The notes below the pieces were generated by a model. That model did no database searches, was not told the origin of the DNA, and saw only the letters and a program-made list of their open reading frames with translations. Made by a program: the position numbers and the translations under genes. Positions 14,211 through 26,500 of a DNA stretch of 64,000 nucleotides are shown one piece after another (within the stretch, counting starts at the first letter, position 1; every line of letters starts with the position of its first letter). The stretch comes from Octopus bimaculoides (Eukaryota), in NCBI RefSeq assembly GCF_001194135.2, contig NC_068990.1:91757674-91821673 (forward strand), in the 5' to 3' direction.

Positions 14211-15783
14211 CGAGACATGACATAGTCTTCTCTGTCTATTTGTCTCTCTTCCTCTCTCACCATATATATATATATATATATATATATANNNNNNNNNNNN
14301 NNNNNNNNNNNNNNNNNNNNNNNNNNNNNNNNNNNNNNNNNNNNNNNNNNNNNNNNNNNNNNNNNNNNNNNNNNNNNNNNNNNNNNNNNNNNNNNNNNNN
14401 NNNNNNNNNNNNNNNNNNNNNNNNNNNNNNNNNNNNNNNNNNNNNNNNNNNNNNNNNNNNNNNNNNNNNNNNNNNNNNNNNNNNNNNNNNNNNNNNNNNN
14501 NNNNNNNNNNNNNNNNNNNNNNNNNNNNNNNNNNNNNNNNNNNNNNNNNNNNNNNNNNNNNNNNNNNNNNNNNNNNNNNNNNNNNNNNNNNNNNNNNNNN
14601 NNNNNNNNNNNNNNNNNNNNNNNNNNNNNNNNNNNNNNNNNNNNNNNNNNNNNNNNNNNNNNNNNNNNNNNNNNNNNNNNNNNNNNNNNNNNNNNNNNNN
14701 NNNNNNNNNNNNNNNNNNNNNNNNNNNNNNNNNNNNNNNNNNNNNNNNNNNNNNNNNNNNNNNNNNNNNNNNNNNNNNNNNNNNNNNNNNNNNNNNNNNN
14801 NNNNNNNNNNNNNNNNNNNNNNNNNNNNNNNNNNNNNNNNNNNNNNNNNNNNNNNNNNNNNNNNNNNNNNNNNNNNNNNNNNNNNNNNNNNNNNNNNNNN
14901 NNNNNNNNNNNNNNNNNNNNNNNNNNNNNNNNNNNNNNNNNNNNNNNNNNNNNNNNNNNNNNNNNNNNNNNNNNNNNNNNNNNNNNNNNNNNNNNNNNNN
15001 NNNNNNNNNNNNNNNNNNNNNNNNNNNNNNNNNNNNNNNNNNNNNNNNNNNNNNNNNNNNNNNNNNNNNNNNNNNNNNNNNNNNNNNNNNNNNNNNNNNN
15101 NNNNNNNNNNNNNNNNNNNNNNNNNNNNNNNNNNNNNNNNNNNNNNNNNNNNNNNNNNNNNNNNNNNNNNNNNNNNNNNNNNNNNNNNNNNNNNNNNNNN
15201 NNNNNNNNNNNNNNNNNNNNNNNNNNNNNNNNNNNNNNNATGCATGTATATGTAATGGGTGGTGTGGTTTTGTGTGTGTGTGTATAATCTGTGGTATACA
15301 TGCTTTTGATGTTCCATTCTCTGGTTTGAGATACATATCTCACGGGCATAGAAACGATTATCAACGTTTCTGAGCAGCCACACATCTGCTACGAACCCTC
15401 CACAAAGAAACTGTCAAGCGAAATTACGTATCCAAGTTTCGCTTTTAATAATATTGTGCCGAATCGGGTGCGCTGTTTTGGTAGGTCTGTCAACACGATG
15501 TGACATATTTATCGTGACGTTGTAATAGTATCGTTTCTTTCTATGAGTATTTTGGACATTTGTGTCACGTGATAGACAGAGAAATGACAGAGTGACAATT
15601 TCTAGATATTTTGTCGTTGCTGTGTCTCTTGTTTGACACCTTCATTGTACACTTTTATTAAGACATCAAGCAATTATATACGTGCGTACACATACGCATC
15701 TTCACAATCTTGCATAAAATAAGATAATCTATGATACACACACACACATATTGGTATGCACACACACACACACATATTGGTAT

Positions 15784-15826
<43 letters not shown>

Positions 15827-16011
15827 GAAGGTAAGAAAATGGAGGAAAAACAACAAATAAAAGTGTATCTTTAGTGCTAAAAAGTATATATATATATATG
15901 ACAGGCAGACAAACAGATAGATAGAGAGCCAACGAGATAGAGAGACGGGGGAAGGAGAAAAGGAGAAAAAGAGAGAGAGACAGATAGACAGTCATAGATA
16001 GAAAGATAGAC

Positions 16012-16095
<84 letters not shown>

Positions 16096-17014
16096 GTAAT
16101 GCCATCCAATCTACAAAACTGATGATGAAACCTTGTTAACGAGGTTGCAGAATATTCTACAAGAGAATTAAACAATTATCCTTTCTCACTGCCAAAAAAA
16201 TGAGTTGCATCAAGAATTACGACTGTCGAAACTAATTACTGAAATGACCGATCTTAATAGACTGGATCCGCTTTAATAAGAAGCTGGAATGGTTAATAAT
16301 GGTTTTGCTTGATAGCAATTGGTAGGCAAGTGTTCTTTTTAAAATTCGGATTCTAGCTTCGGGAAAATACATAGATTTTATACGGATTTGTGTGGGAAAC
16401 GCATTGGAATCTAACACACATATTTGGTGGTAGTTATGGTGGCGGCGGCGGCGGCGGTGGTGGTNNNNNNNNNNNNNNNNNNNNNNNNNNNNNNNNNNNN
16501 NNNNNNNNNNNNNNNNNNNNNNNNNNNNNNNNNGTGGTGGTTGTGGTGGTGGTGGTGTTGGTAGTGGTGGTGGTGGTGGCGGTGCTGATGGTAGTTGGTA
16601 GTTGGTGGTGATTGGTGATGGTGATTGTTGTTTCGGTGGTAGTGGTCGTGCTGGGAATGGTAGTAGTGGTTTTGATGATGGTACTAATGGTGGTGGTCGT
16701 TGCCATAATAGTCGTAGTGGCGGTGATGTTGTTGGCGGTTCAAGCAATGGTAGGGGTGGTGGGGTAGTGGTGAGGTCATTTTGTGGTTTCTCAATGAGGA
16801 TTCAATTGTTTAATTAATTAAATTACCTCCTCCAAAATAAATACCTAAGTAGCTGTGCATTTCAAAATGTGTGTCAAGGCTGTAGCTTTTGAATTACAAG
16901 TACGACCCATCCGACGGTCTTCCATACAGTTTCCGTCTATTCAGTCTCACTCCCAAGAAAATGACATTTACCCAAGATGACAGAGTGAAGGGAAATGAGT
17001 GAGAGATAACACAC

Positions 17015-17102
17015 GGGCATATGGCGTAGTGGTTAAGAGCGCGGGCTACTAACCCCAAGATTCCGAATTCGATTCCAAGCAGTGACCTGAACAACAATAA
17101 CA

Positions 17103-17152
<50 letters not shown>

Positions 17153-17333
17153 GATGATGATAACATCAAAAAATACCTTAGGAATGAGAACCCAGGTTCG
17201 AAATTTCCCCAACGCACCTGAAGAAGGCTGGAGAGTATATCAGCCGAAACGTTGTGTCAACAACAAACAAGATGAGGACAAATATGCATCAAATGTAAAT
17301 AATGTAAATAATGTAAATAATGTAAATAATGTA
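17015..17333 (+). mobile_element. SINE family D: tRNA-like head, microsatellite spacer, hammerhead-bearing body; ends in (AATGTAAAT)x4.7
   Basis: A box TGGCGTAGTGG, B-box-like GAATTCGATTCC, then an (AAC/GAT/GGT)n spacer. Body is shared with 34100-34429 and 59232-59520. Confidence 0.9.
17213..17258 (+). ncRNA. Minimal type I hammerhead ribozyme motif inside SINE D
   Basis: GCAC-CTGAAGA-A-GGCTG(GAGAGTATAT)CAGCC-GAA-ACGT-T-GTGT: intact core, 5-bp stem II, palindromic stem III, 4-bp stem I with one G-U pair. Confidence 0.75.
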
Positions 17334-17545
17334 CGCACAGAACGTTTGTTACTGTCTCTTCAGCAATGGCGAGATTGCTGTGGACATTACGGTCACGGCG
17401 AAATATTAGTAAAGATTCACTTGAACGGTTAGTGCTGCCGGTGGGAGGAGTCCCGGGGAAGAAGGATTGGAATAAGATAGTAATGGGACAGTAGACATTT
17501 AGGAAGAGAACGTAATGAAGCTCGGATTTTTCCTTTGATACACGT

Positions 17546-17597
<52 letters not shown>

Positions 17598-18378
17598 CTA
17601 CGAGAGAGAAGTCGAAGCCATTATCGTAACATTGGAAGAGACAAAGAGAAGATATAGTGTGTCTAAAAGGCAAGTTATGTACTATGCTGGTGGAGAAGTA
17701 TTTCTAAACCAGTCTCAACCAGTCTCAACCGGTCTCAACCAGTCACAACCACAAACGTAAATAGACTCTGCCCACCATAAGGTTTCCTTACTTGGGTGAA
17801 CCTGATCCACCGTCTTCTTCAACATCGATGGTTATCATAATAAGAATTCGATGCACTCGGCTCAGCGTAATGTGCTGACAGCTCTAAGACGTTTTCGGTG
17901 ATTCCAATTCCCCAAACTGCCGCTGTAGAATTTCGCCAATTCATCTTATTTAGGATCACATCGAAGTCTGTCCAGTTCGCTCCATATCTCAACATTCCAC
18001 TGACCAACCACTCACACATCTCTCGCCCATATTTCTTCGTTTCTTTACCGGGTTTGCTCTTGATTTTCTTCGAGACCATTCTAGACATTTTTGATCCGGT
18101 GGTTGTCAGCTTAGTCGTCGCTGCTTATGCTGCAGCTGATGCTGCTACTATTGGTGTTGTTGATGATGACGATGATGACGACGATGATGGTGATGACGGC
18201 GGCCGCGGCAGCGACGGTCGTGGTGGTGGTGGTGGCGGTGATGATGACGACGATGACGAGGACGACTGTGGCAGTGGCGGCGGTGTTGGAGGTGGAGGTG
18301 GTGGTGGTGGTGGTGGTGGTGGNNNNNNNNNNCACACACGCACACACACACACACACATTACACACAAACACGCGCAC

Positions 18379-18413
<35 letters not shown>

Positions 18414-18763
18414 CACACACACATTACACACAAACATCATAGCGCTGCAGTCATAATAAAAATGGCGGGAGAGGTCTGTGAGTGTGTGTGTGTGTGTGTC
18501 TCTGTGTGTGTGTCTCTGTGTGTGTGTGTGTGTGTCTGTGTGTGAGTGAGCATATGGAAGTGGATATATGTGTGTGTGCACAAACGTGTGCATGTGTGTG
18601 TGCATGCGTGTGTTGTTGTTGTTGTTAGTGTCAAGGTATGTGAAGTGTGAAATGAGCTGACAAAACTCAAAAACACAGATTTGTCATGTGTGGGAGATTA
18701 GACTTGAATCAACAGATACCACATGTGGTGGTAGCGGTGGTGGTGGTGGTGGTGGTGCTGCTG

Positions 18764-18815
<52 letters not shown>

Positions 18816-19431
18816 CAGCAGCAGCAATAGTAGATGAGAGGGCATGAATGTCTGGCCTGAATGGAGGAAGTAAGAGAGCAGTCAGCACCGAGAAGCATTG
18901 GGCATTGTAATAACTCTAGAAAATGGAGAGAAAGGAGTAGTAGCTGCTGCTGCTGCGTTATTTTTATTTTGACTGATTACTGGTACGAACCATCCTCCAC
19001 GCCACCCTGTCACAAACATTAGTGACAGAGCAATTATATGGAATGTCAACGTCGAAACTAGCAGCCATGACAGTCAACTGATGAGACATTAAATAAAGAC
19101 GAACACCCGACTTGTCAGACGGTCGTTAGCTTCTGACATGGCAACTAAATGATCAGACACTGTGGTCTTGGGTTATAGGGATTTTATAATACGATGGATA
19201 ACCAACTCTATACGCTATGATCCGGGACGAGGGCAGTTTTTAATAAGGTTTCAACTTTTGATACAAAGCAGGCAGTTTTGAGGAAAGGTGCAAGCCGATT
19301 GCATTGATCCCTCTACTGAACTGGAGCTTTACTTTATCGACCTCCAAAATGACGAAAGGCGTTAACCTGGTAGTCGATTGTAATTGTGGACCTATCTCAC
19401 AAATCGATTTGTTTATCCCACCCACCCCATC

Positions 19432-20069
19432 ATGACTTACGGGTGCCTTTAGAGATGTTTTCTCTGTTGCAAGAATTCCGACCAAGCTCCCGACGAGGTA
19501 TTCCAGGATGTTTCAATCTTCACTAAGAATACAGAATACAGAAAACCAGAACTAAACCCGCCGGACAATTCTCCTCTTACATTTGTGAATTTCGTTCCAG
19601 TTCGATGCAGCACATCTTGGAGATGCAAATTGCACAAAACCAGTCTTGATTCCAACTCTGCTGTTCAGACTTTATTCTTTATTCTTCAATCCGAAACATG
19701 TGTTTATGCATTCGTAGATCCCGTTCTTCCTGCAACTCACGTCTCTCATCTCGAGATCAGAACAATGACTCTGGCTCAAAGTCTCATTCCATCACGGCTC
19801 CAAATACTGCTCTTTGAAGTTCTCGAATAACCAACATCGCTTCCGCTCTATCTCTCCCCGCATTGAGAACATCAGTTTCATCTGATTCTTCTCTGAATTC
19901 GGGGTCTTCCACTTCCCAAGCTTCAACCGATTGTTTTAATCCTTTATTCAAAGGATCTTCATTAACTTTGCGAAACTCTCCTTCCCTCTTGTATTCAAAT
20001 ATGATGGCTTTATTCGCAATATCCCACAGAAAAAAGGCTTCCTTCTTCGCTGTCCGTTTAGCATCCTAA
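19432..20069 (-). mobile_element. 638-bp insertion flanked by a 15-bp direct repeat; decayed coding sequence of unknown family
   Basis: CCCACCCACCCCATC at 19417-19431 and 20070-20084. The minus strand has a stop-free stretch of about 95 codons. Confidence 0.5.
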
Positions 20070-20342
20070 CCCACCCACCCCATCCTGCACATTTGCTAGA
20101 AAGGAGCAGTGTCTTTGGCTTTTGAGGGACCTCTCAGACCGGTCGCTTAGATTTTATTGTTTCGCTTAAAATGTAACAAATCAATGACTACAGAAAATAC
20201 ACAAACGGGGAGAAAATTCCTGGGAGCTGACATTCTGGGAGAGAGGGAACAGGTGCAATATTTAGTGCAGGGTCTGCGGAGCGAGAACACAACAAGGGTA
20301 ATGAGAAGCGGAGAGATGAGAGGGCATGAATGTCTGGCCTGA

Positions 20343-20480
20343 ATGGAGGAAGTAAGAGAGCAGTCAGCACCGAGAAGCATTGGGCATTGTAATAACTCTA
20401 GAAAATGGAGAGAAAGGAGACGGCAAGTCTGTGAAGCAAGGGGCGTGTTTGCTAGCGACCATTATGCCATTAGTCACCCT
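20343..20480 (+). mobile_element. RTE-like APE endonuclease remnant
   Basis: SIGHCNNSRKWRERRRQVCEARGVFASDHYAI resembles the RTE endonuclease end QIDHIxISRKWRxSxxDVRxxRGADxxSDH. Confidence 0.5.
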
Positions 20481-20642
20481 CTGGACGACGCCTCAGATAT
20501 CAGTGTTTGTGAAGTACTGGTGCTTTTGTTGTACACACGCATACACACATATACACACATATACATACATAAGTATACAGGTGTACATATATATATACAT
20601 ACATACACACACACACACACACAACACACGCACACACACAAC

Positions 20643-20690
<48 letters not shown>

Positions 20691-20950
20691 NNNNNNNNNN
20701 NNNNNNNNNNNNNNNNNNNNNNNNNNNNNNNNNNNNNNNNNNNNNNNNNNNNNNNNNNNNNNNNNNNNNNNNNNNNNNNNNNNNNNNNNNNNNNNNNNNN
20801 NNNNNNNNNNNNNNNNNNNNNNNNNNNNNNNNNNNNNNNNNNNNNNNNNNNNNNNNNTATATATATATATATATATGTGTATATATATATATATATATGT
20901 TTACTATTCGCAGTTTATTCGAGTCTGTGTTATGCATCTTTCATGAATGC

Positions 20951-20982
<32 letters not shown>

Positions 20983-23115
20983 GTATTCGGTGGTGGTGGT
21001 AGTGGTGGGTTGTATGTGTGTTTTGCATACCTATTTTATAACGTGCTATCCGCAAACATTAACAACACATTCGTAAAATTCACACATTTGGTTTACTCAT
21101 TTCTACATTTTCATTGTTAATGTGTCTTCTTCACTTCGTACCAAAAACATTATTTTCACAACTCTCCGCATTTTCCATGTTTTTCTTCCCCATTATCAAG
21201 ACTTCATGTCAAACCCCAAGTTCACATCCTTGTATTATCTGGTTTTTAATCTATTCCGGCTGTTACTGACTCTCTCTCCCTCTCTCTCTCTCTCTCTGTA
21301 TCTCTCTCGCTGACGTCACATTTTATCTGACCAATGAACATCGAAAGTCATGTGAAAGCATTTTCGTTACAAAACCTCAGCTGTCCTGTTATACCAGTTG
21401 ATAATTTAGCGGAGCGCAGTTTGTATTGTGTTTTTGAAAGATGGCTTTCGTTATCTTTTTACTTTGTATATGTCATGTCTATAGTCGTAATGACTCTACG
21501 CATATATTTTTTTCTCTGCATTGACAGGCAACATCTCTGGTTCTACAGCTGAGCCCAACGAGTTGGGTTTCTCTCAGAAGCCTACGAAACTCCAAATCGC
21601 ACGAGGCCAAATCAAACTGTTTTAAATCATATATGTAACCCCAACTAAATGCGTGAAGTGCCTTTCTTCTCCGTTTGTCCACTCAGCCGTATATATATAT
21701 GCCTAAACAATGCTTGTCGCTGATATTACGGTAATATATATATATGTAGTAACGCCTGCGCATGCGTAGTCTTACGCATGCGTAGAATTAAACAAGCAAG
21801 CGTTTCCCGCTCAATTCATTCTCTTTCTCGCTGGCCAGCGATTGAGCATGGACGTGTGTTTAAAGCTGTCTCTACATCTTTCGGTCTTATACTCGACAGC
21901 TCGTTATTCTCACCTCTAAAGATGTATAACTAAAGATATGTATGTTTTACCACCTAAATAAATGTTGTTTAAGTTGTTTAGTCTGGAGTTCAGCGTTCCG
22001 TTTATATTTCTATAATTGTATAGTAGAAAGTCAGGTATACAATCTAAAGATGTATAACCCACTTTCTACTTAAGTGGTGACCCCGACGAAGAAAAANNNN
22101 NNNNNNNNNNNNNNNNNNNNNNNNNNNNNNNNNNNNNNNNNNNNNNNNNNNNNNNNNNNNNNNNNNNNNNNNNNNNNNNNNNNNNNNNNNNNNNNNNNNN
22201 NNNNNNNNNNNNNNNNNNNNNNNNNNNNNNNNNNNNNNNNNNNNNNNNNNNNNNNNNNNNNNNNNNNNNNNNNNNNNNNNNNNNNNNNNNNNNNNNNNNN
22301 NNNNNNNNNNNNNNNNNNNNNNNNNNNNNNNNNNNNNNNNNNNNNNNNNNNNNNNNNNNNNNNNNNNNNNNNNNNNNNNNNNNNNNNNNNNNNNNNNNNN
22401 NNNNNNNNNNNNNNNNNNNNNNNNNNNNNNNNNNNNNNNNNNNNNNNNNNNNNNNNNNNNNNNNNNNNNNNNNNNNNNNNNNNNNNNNNNNNNNNNNNNN
22501 NNNNNNNNNNNNNNNNNNNNNNNNNNNNNNNNNNNNNNNNNNNNNNNNNNNNNNNNNNNNNNNNNNNNNNNNNNNNNNNNNNNNNNNNNNNNNNNNNNNN
22601 NNNNNNNNNNNNNNNNNNNNNNNNNNNNNNNNNNNNNNNNNNNNNNNNNNNNNNNNNNNNNNNNNNNNNNNNNNNNNNNNNNNNNNNNNNNNNNNNNNNN
22701 NNNNNNNNNNNNNNNNNNNNNNNNNNNNNNNNNNNNNNNNNNNNNNNNNNNNNNNNNNNNNNNNNNNNNNNNNNNNNNNNNNNNNNNNNNNNNNNNNNAT
22801 TCCAGTTTCCTGGACAGTTGTCATTACGGTTGTTTTGTCATTGTCATTTCATTTATACGTTGCATGCATGTATTTCACAAGTGTACATTTCATTTCTTTG
22901 AATTTTCTTTGTGTGTGTTTGTACCACATCTTGTGGGTGGTTTTCAGTGGCCATCCTGCCTCAGGCGTTCTAACAGATTTCATTTATCGTGCGTTTCTTT
23001 TGCCATCAGCATTAATACAAGTCAGGGCCAAACACTAAAAATTGCTGGATTGCAACTTGAACAACCATGCTTTTCACGTGGCCAAATTTATGTAAGAGCA
23101 TCACATGTATATATA

Positions 23116-23625
23116 CTAGCAGTAATACCAGTCATTGATCGGATAATTACTTTTACTGTTCCTCGGGAGCCACATTTACAGTATTATTATATATATAATT
23201 TACTCCTCCTGTATGTGTGTACTTTTATAAGATAAAAACATGTAATAATTGAAGTAGAAAAAAGATCAATTTCACACATGGACTTCTGTTTGTTTATTAT
23301 ATATGATAATAATAATTAAGTTGCATGTATTATTTTGTTCACCAATACAGTAATGGCAATTATATAATACAGTTCATTTAAAAAGGTAATTTACTCATTT
23401 CGGGGTGCATAAGGAGAAGGATTTGTTTTTGCTCCTACATGTGATGCTCTTACATAAATTTGGCCACGTGAAAAGCATGGTTGTTCAAGTTGCAATCCAG
23501 CAATTTTTAGTGTTTGGCCCTGACTTGTATTAATGCTGATGGCAAAAGAAACTTGGATAGGAAACTGTAACCGCTTAAATTGGAATGGGACATTAGATGG
23601 TATAACTGGTATTCGAACCAACATC
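23116..23625 (-). mobile_element. Helitron 3' remnant (Pif1-family helicase C-terminus and CTAG terminus)
   Basis: ORF 23391-23624 FKRLQFPIQVSFAISINTSQGQTLK...FSRGQIYVRASHVG matches the helicase motifs FAxTINKSQGQT and FSHGQLYVA.SRV. CTAG at 23116-23119 is followed by T on the element strand and preceded by a decayed GC hairpin. Confidence 0.85.
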
Positions 23626-23731
23626 TGATGAGGTGGTATGTCCTACGCGTTCACGAAACTTTTAGTCATCTCTCACTACATATATATATATATATATCAG
23701 CGACAATCACTGTTTAGACATAAGCAAACAA

Positions 23732-23971
23732 TATGTTAGTTAAAAACATATTTGCGACATATTTCAACTGCGAAAAGGCAAATTCACTGCAGTTACCGTT
23801 GAGAAAAATTCTCTCTTATGGTAACAAGGTGTAAAAACACCATATCTGCCCAGAGTCGCAGGTGTTTTCACACCTTTTAACCATGAAAACGAATTCTTTT
23901 CTCCTCAGTAACTGCAGTGAATTTGCCTGTTAGCAGTTGAAATATGTCGCAAACCTATTTTAACTAACATA
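23732..23971. repeat. Imperfect foldback (MITE-like) inverted repeat, arms about 110 bp, 19-nt loop
   Basis: 23732-23841 aligns to the reverse complement of 23861-23971 (shared TTTGCGACATATTTCAACTGC and AGGCAAATTCACTGCAGTTAC). (TA)n tracts lie on both sides. Confidence 0.85.
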
Positions 23972-23997
23972 AAGCTTGCATTAAGATCATAATATAG

Positions 23998-24030
<33 letters not shown>

Positions 24031-24393
24031 ACATTAGCGTTTCTTATACACGTCTTGTTTCAAAGTTACCTTACGTCCTTTATTTATATGTATATATTTT
24101 AGATATGTCAACGGATTTCCGATGTTTTTTCTTATTCTGTTGTCATTTATCGTTTGTTTATTTTTGTCACTGTTCCCTCATTCATTCTCAACAACTTTTT
24201 GTCGTTGACGCTCCAAAATGAACAATCTTATCATTAAAGGCGCGAAGTTGTAATGCTTTTTGGACGATAACTGACGAGGGAAGAGTATATCCACGTCTTG
24301 TGTGTGATATTTCTGCCTGCTCTTCTGTTGTCCTTGTATGTAATTTTTTAATCCTGTACATACATACATACATACATACATACATACATACAT

Positions 24394-24424
<31 letters not shown>

Positions 24425-25691
24425 TTATTTTTCTTATTGGTAACCTGTTCCAATGTCTGTTGCAGTCTTGGACGTATACAATACTCCTAGTTGTTCTGTT
24501 CAAAGCTAAAGAAAAAAACAGCAAATTTCAGGGGGGGGGGGGGAATCACAAAGCCATTGACTACCTTCCTTGAAAAGATCTGCTTCTATGCAAAATGTCA
24601 GCTATGTAGGTACGAAACTATGGCTGACAACGTAAGCCATACATTCATATATGCATACGTATATTTATTCACTTGTGTATGTTTATAGTGCTATGTATGA
24701 TTATATTGCATAACTTGTATTCGTGTGTGTGTGTGTATGTGTGTGTTATATGCTCGTCTGCATTTAATCAAATTTTTATTGTCACTGCCATTCATTCTGT
24801 CAACATGAAAATATAACGGAAAGAAAATGAGTTGCTTTTTTGTTTTTTTTTTACTTATTTCCTTGTTTCCTTCTTTCTTTTTTGTTATTGATGTTAACCA
24901 TGATGATGATGGAGGCGATAGTGGTGGTGGTGGTGGTAGTGATGGTAGTGGTGGTGGTGGTTATGGTGATGTTGATGATGATTTAGTAGCGATGGTAGCG
25001 GTAGTGGTGGTGGTGGTGGTGATGGTGGTAGTGGTGATAGTAGTAGTAGTAGTAGTAGTAGTGGCAGTAGTAGTAGTGGAGAAGCCAGTGTTAATAGTGT
25101 TAGTATATTTGTAGTATGCAACTATTGCTTGCTATTCTTACCACCACCACCACCACCACCACTATTACTACTACTACTACTACTACTACTACTATTACTA
25201 CTGCAGCTATTACTACTATTACTATTAATACTACTGCTACTATTACTAGTGCTACTACTACTACTACTACTACAACTGTTACCACTGCTACTGCTGCTGC
25301 TGCTACTAGCGGTGTTCCCAGGCTTGACTCAGCACAAACTAATCAGCTGTTTTTTGTTAGTCACGAACCAATAAACTTAGAAGAACAGAAACACGTTCCT
25401 ATATAAGACACATACATAGATACATGTGTATGTAGGTATGTATATATATGTGTATACATGTATATATATACTCTATGTACGTGCATTTGCATACAAACAG
25501 ACATGCAGACAAACATGCGTGCGCAGTCATGGGCACGTATATATGCACACGCACAAATGCACGCATTCTTATACACATATACACACACAAGCACGTGCAG
25601 ACTCATATTCAGTCATACTAACGGACATATATATATATATATATATATATACACGCACACACACACACACATACACACACACACACACATT

Positions 25692-25725
<34 letters not shown>

Positions 25726-26230
25726 CACACACATATATATATATATACACAAACACACACACACATATATATGTGTAACATACGCACATACACACTTGCA
25801 TACATGTACACACTACATGCATATATACTGCATTCATACCTATGTGGTCATACACACATACACACATACATATGGACATGCACACACACACACACACACA
25901 TACCAAGCTATATACAAGCTACATACACACACGCACGCACTTACCTGNNNNNNNNNNNNNNNNNNNNNNNNNNNNNNNNNNNNNNNNNNNNNNNNNNNNN
26001 NNNNNNNNNNNNNNNNNNNNNNNNNNNNNNNNNNNNNNNNNNNNNNNNNNNNNNNNNNNNNNNNNNNNNNNNNNNNNNNNNNNNNNNNNNNNNNNNNNNN
26101 NNNNNNNNNNNNNNNNNNNNNNNNNNNNNNNNNNNNNNNNNNNNNNNNNNNNNNNNNNNNNNNNNNNNNNNNNNNNNNNNNNNNNNNNNNNNNNNNNNNN
26201 NNNNNNNNNNNNNNNNNNNNNNNNNNNNNN

Positions 26231-26500
26231 CCGAACCGCTAAGTTACGGGGACATAAACACACCAGCATCGGTTGTCAAGCGATGTTGGGGGGACAAACA
26301 CACATACATACACACACACATACATATATATATATATACATATATACGACGGGCTTCTTTCAGTTTCCGTCTACCAAATCCACTCACAAGGCTTTGGTCG
26401 GCCCGAGGCTATAGTAGAAGACACTTGCCCAAGATGCCGCGCAGTGGGACTGAACCCGGGACCATGTGATTGGTATGCTAGCTACTTACCACACAGCCAC
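26231..26500 (-). mobile_element. SINE family C (tRNA-derived, CORE-like CCTTGGGCAAGTG motif), 3' end lost in a gap
   Basis: Minus strand reads GTGGCTGTGTGGTAAGTAGC..GGGTTCAGTCCCACTGCG..CTTGGGCAAGTGTCTTCTACTATAGCCTCGGGCCGACCAAAGCC. Confidence 0.88.

Noticed and set aside
16119-16147. CTGATGA-T-GAAAC with a good stem III
   Set aside because: No stem II and no stem I pairing; cannot fold as a hammerhead.
17015-17090. SINE heads as functional tRNA genes (also 5982, 40816, 59232)
   Set aside because: No closed acceptor stem, and they continue directly into multi-copy SINE bodies.
17707-17755. (AACCAGTCTC)n 10-bp tandem repeat as a CRISPR-like or functional array
   Set aside because: No spacers; an ordinary minisatellite. 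No CRISPR array anywhere in the window.
17819-18088. ORF with TDFDVILN as an APE endonuclease GDFN motif
   Set aside because: A single weak motif with no other collinear motifs.
19051-19088. Permuted hammerhead-like GTC-GAAAC..AGTC-AA-CTGATGA-GAC
   Set aside because: Only 2 nt between the cleavage site and the core, so no stem I. At best a deleted relic.
21528-21625. Possible exon after a polypyrimidine tract and AG (NISGSTAEPNELGFSQKPTKLQIARGQIKLF*)
   Set aside because: Short, no recognisable homology and no supporting neighbouring exons.
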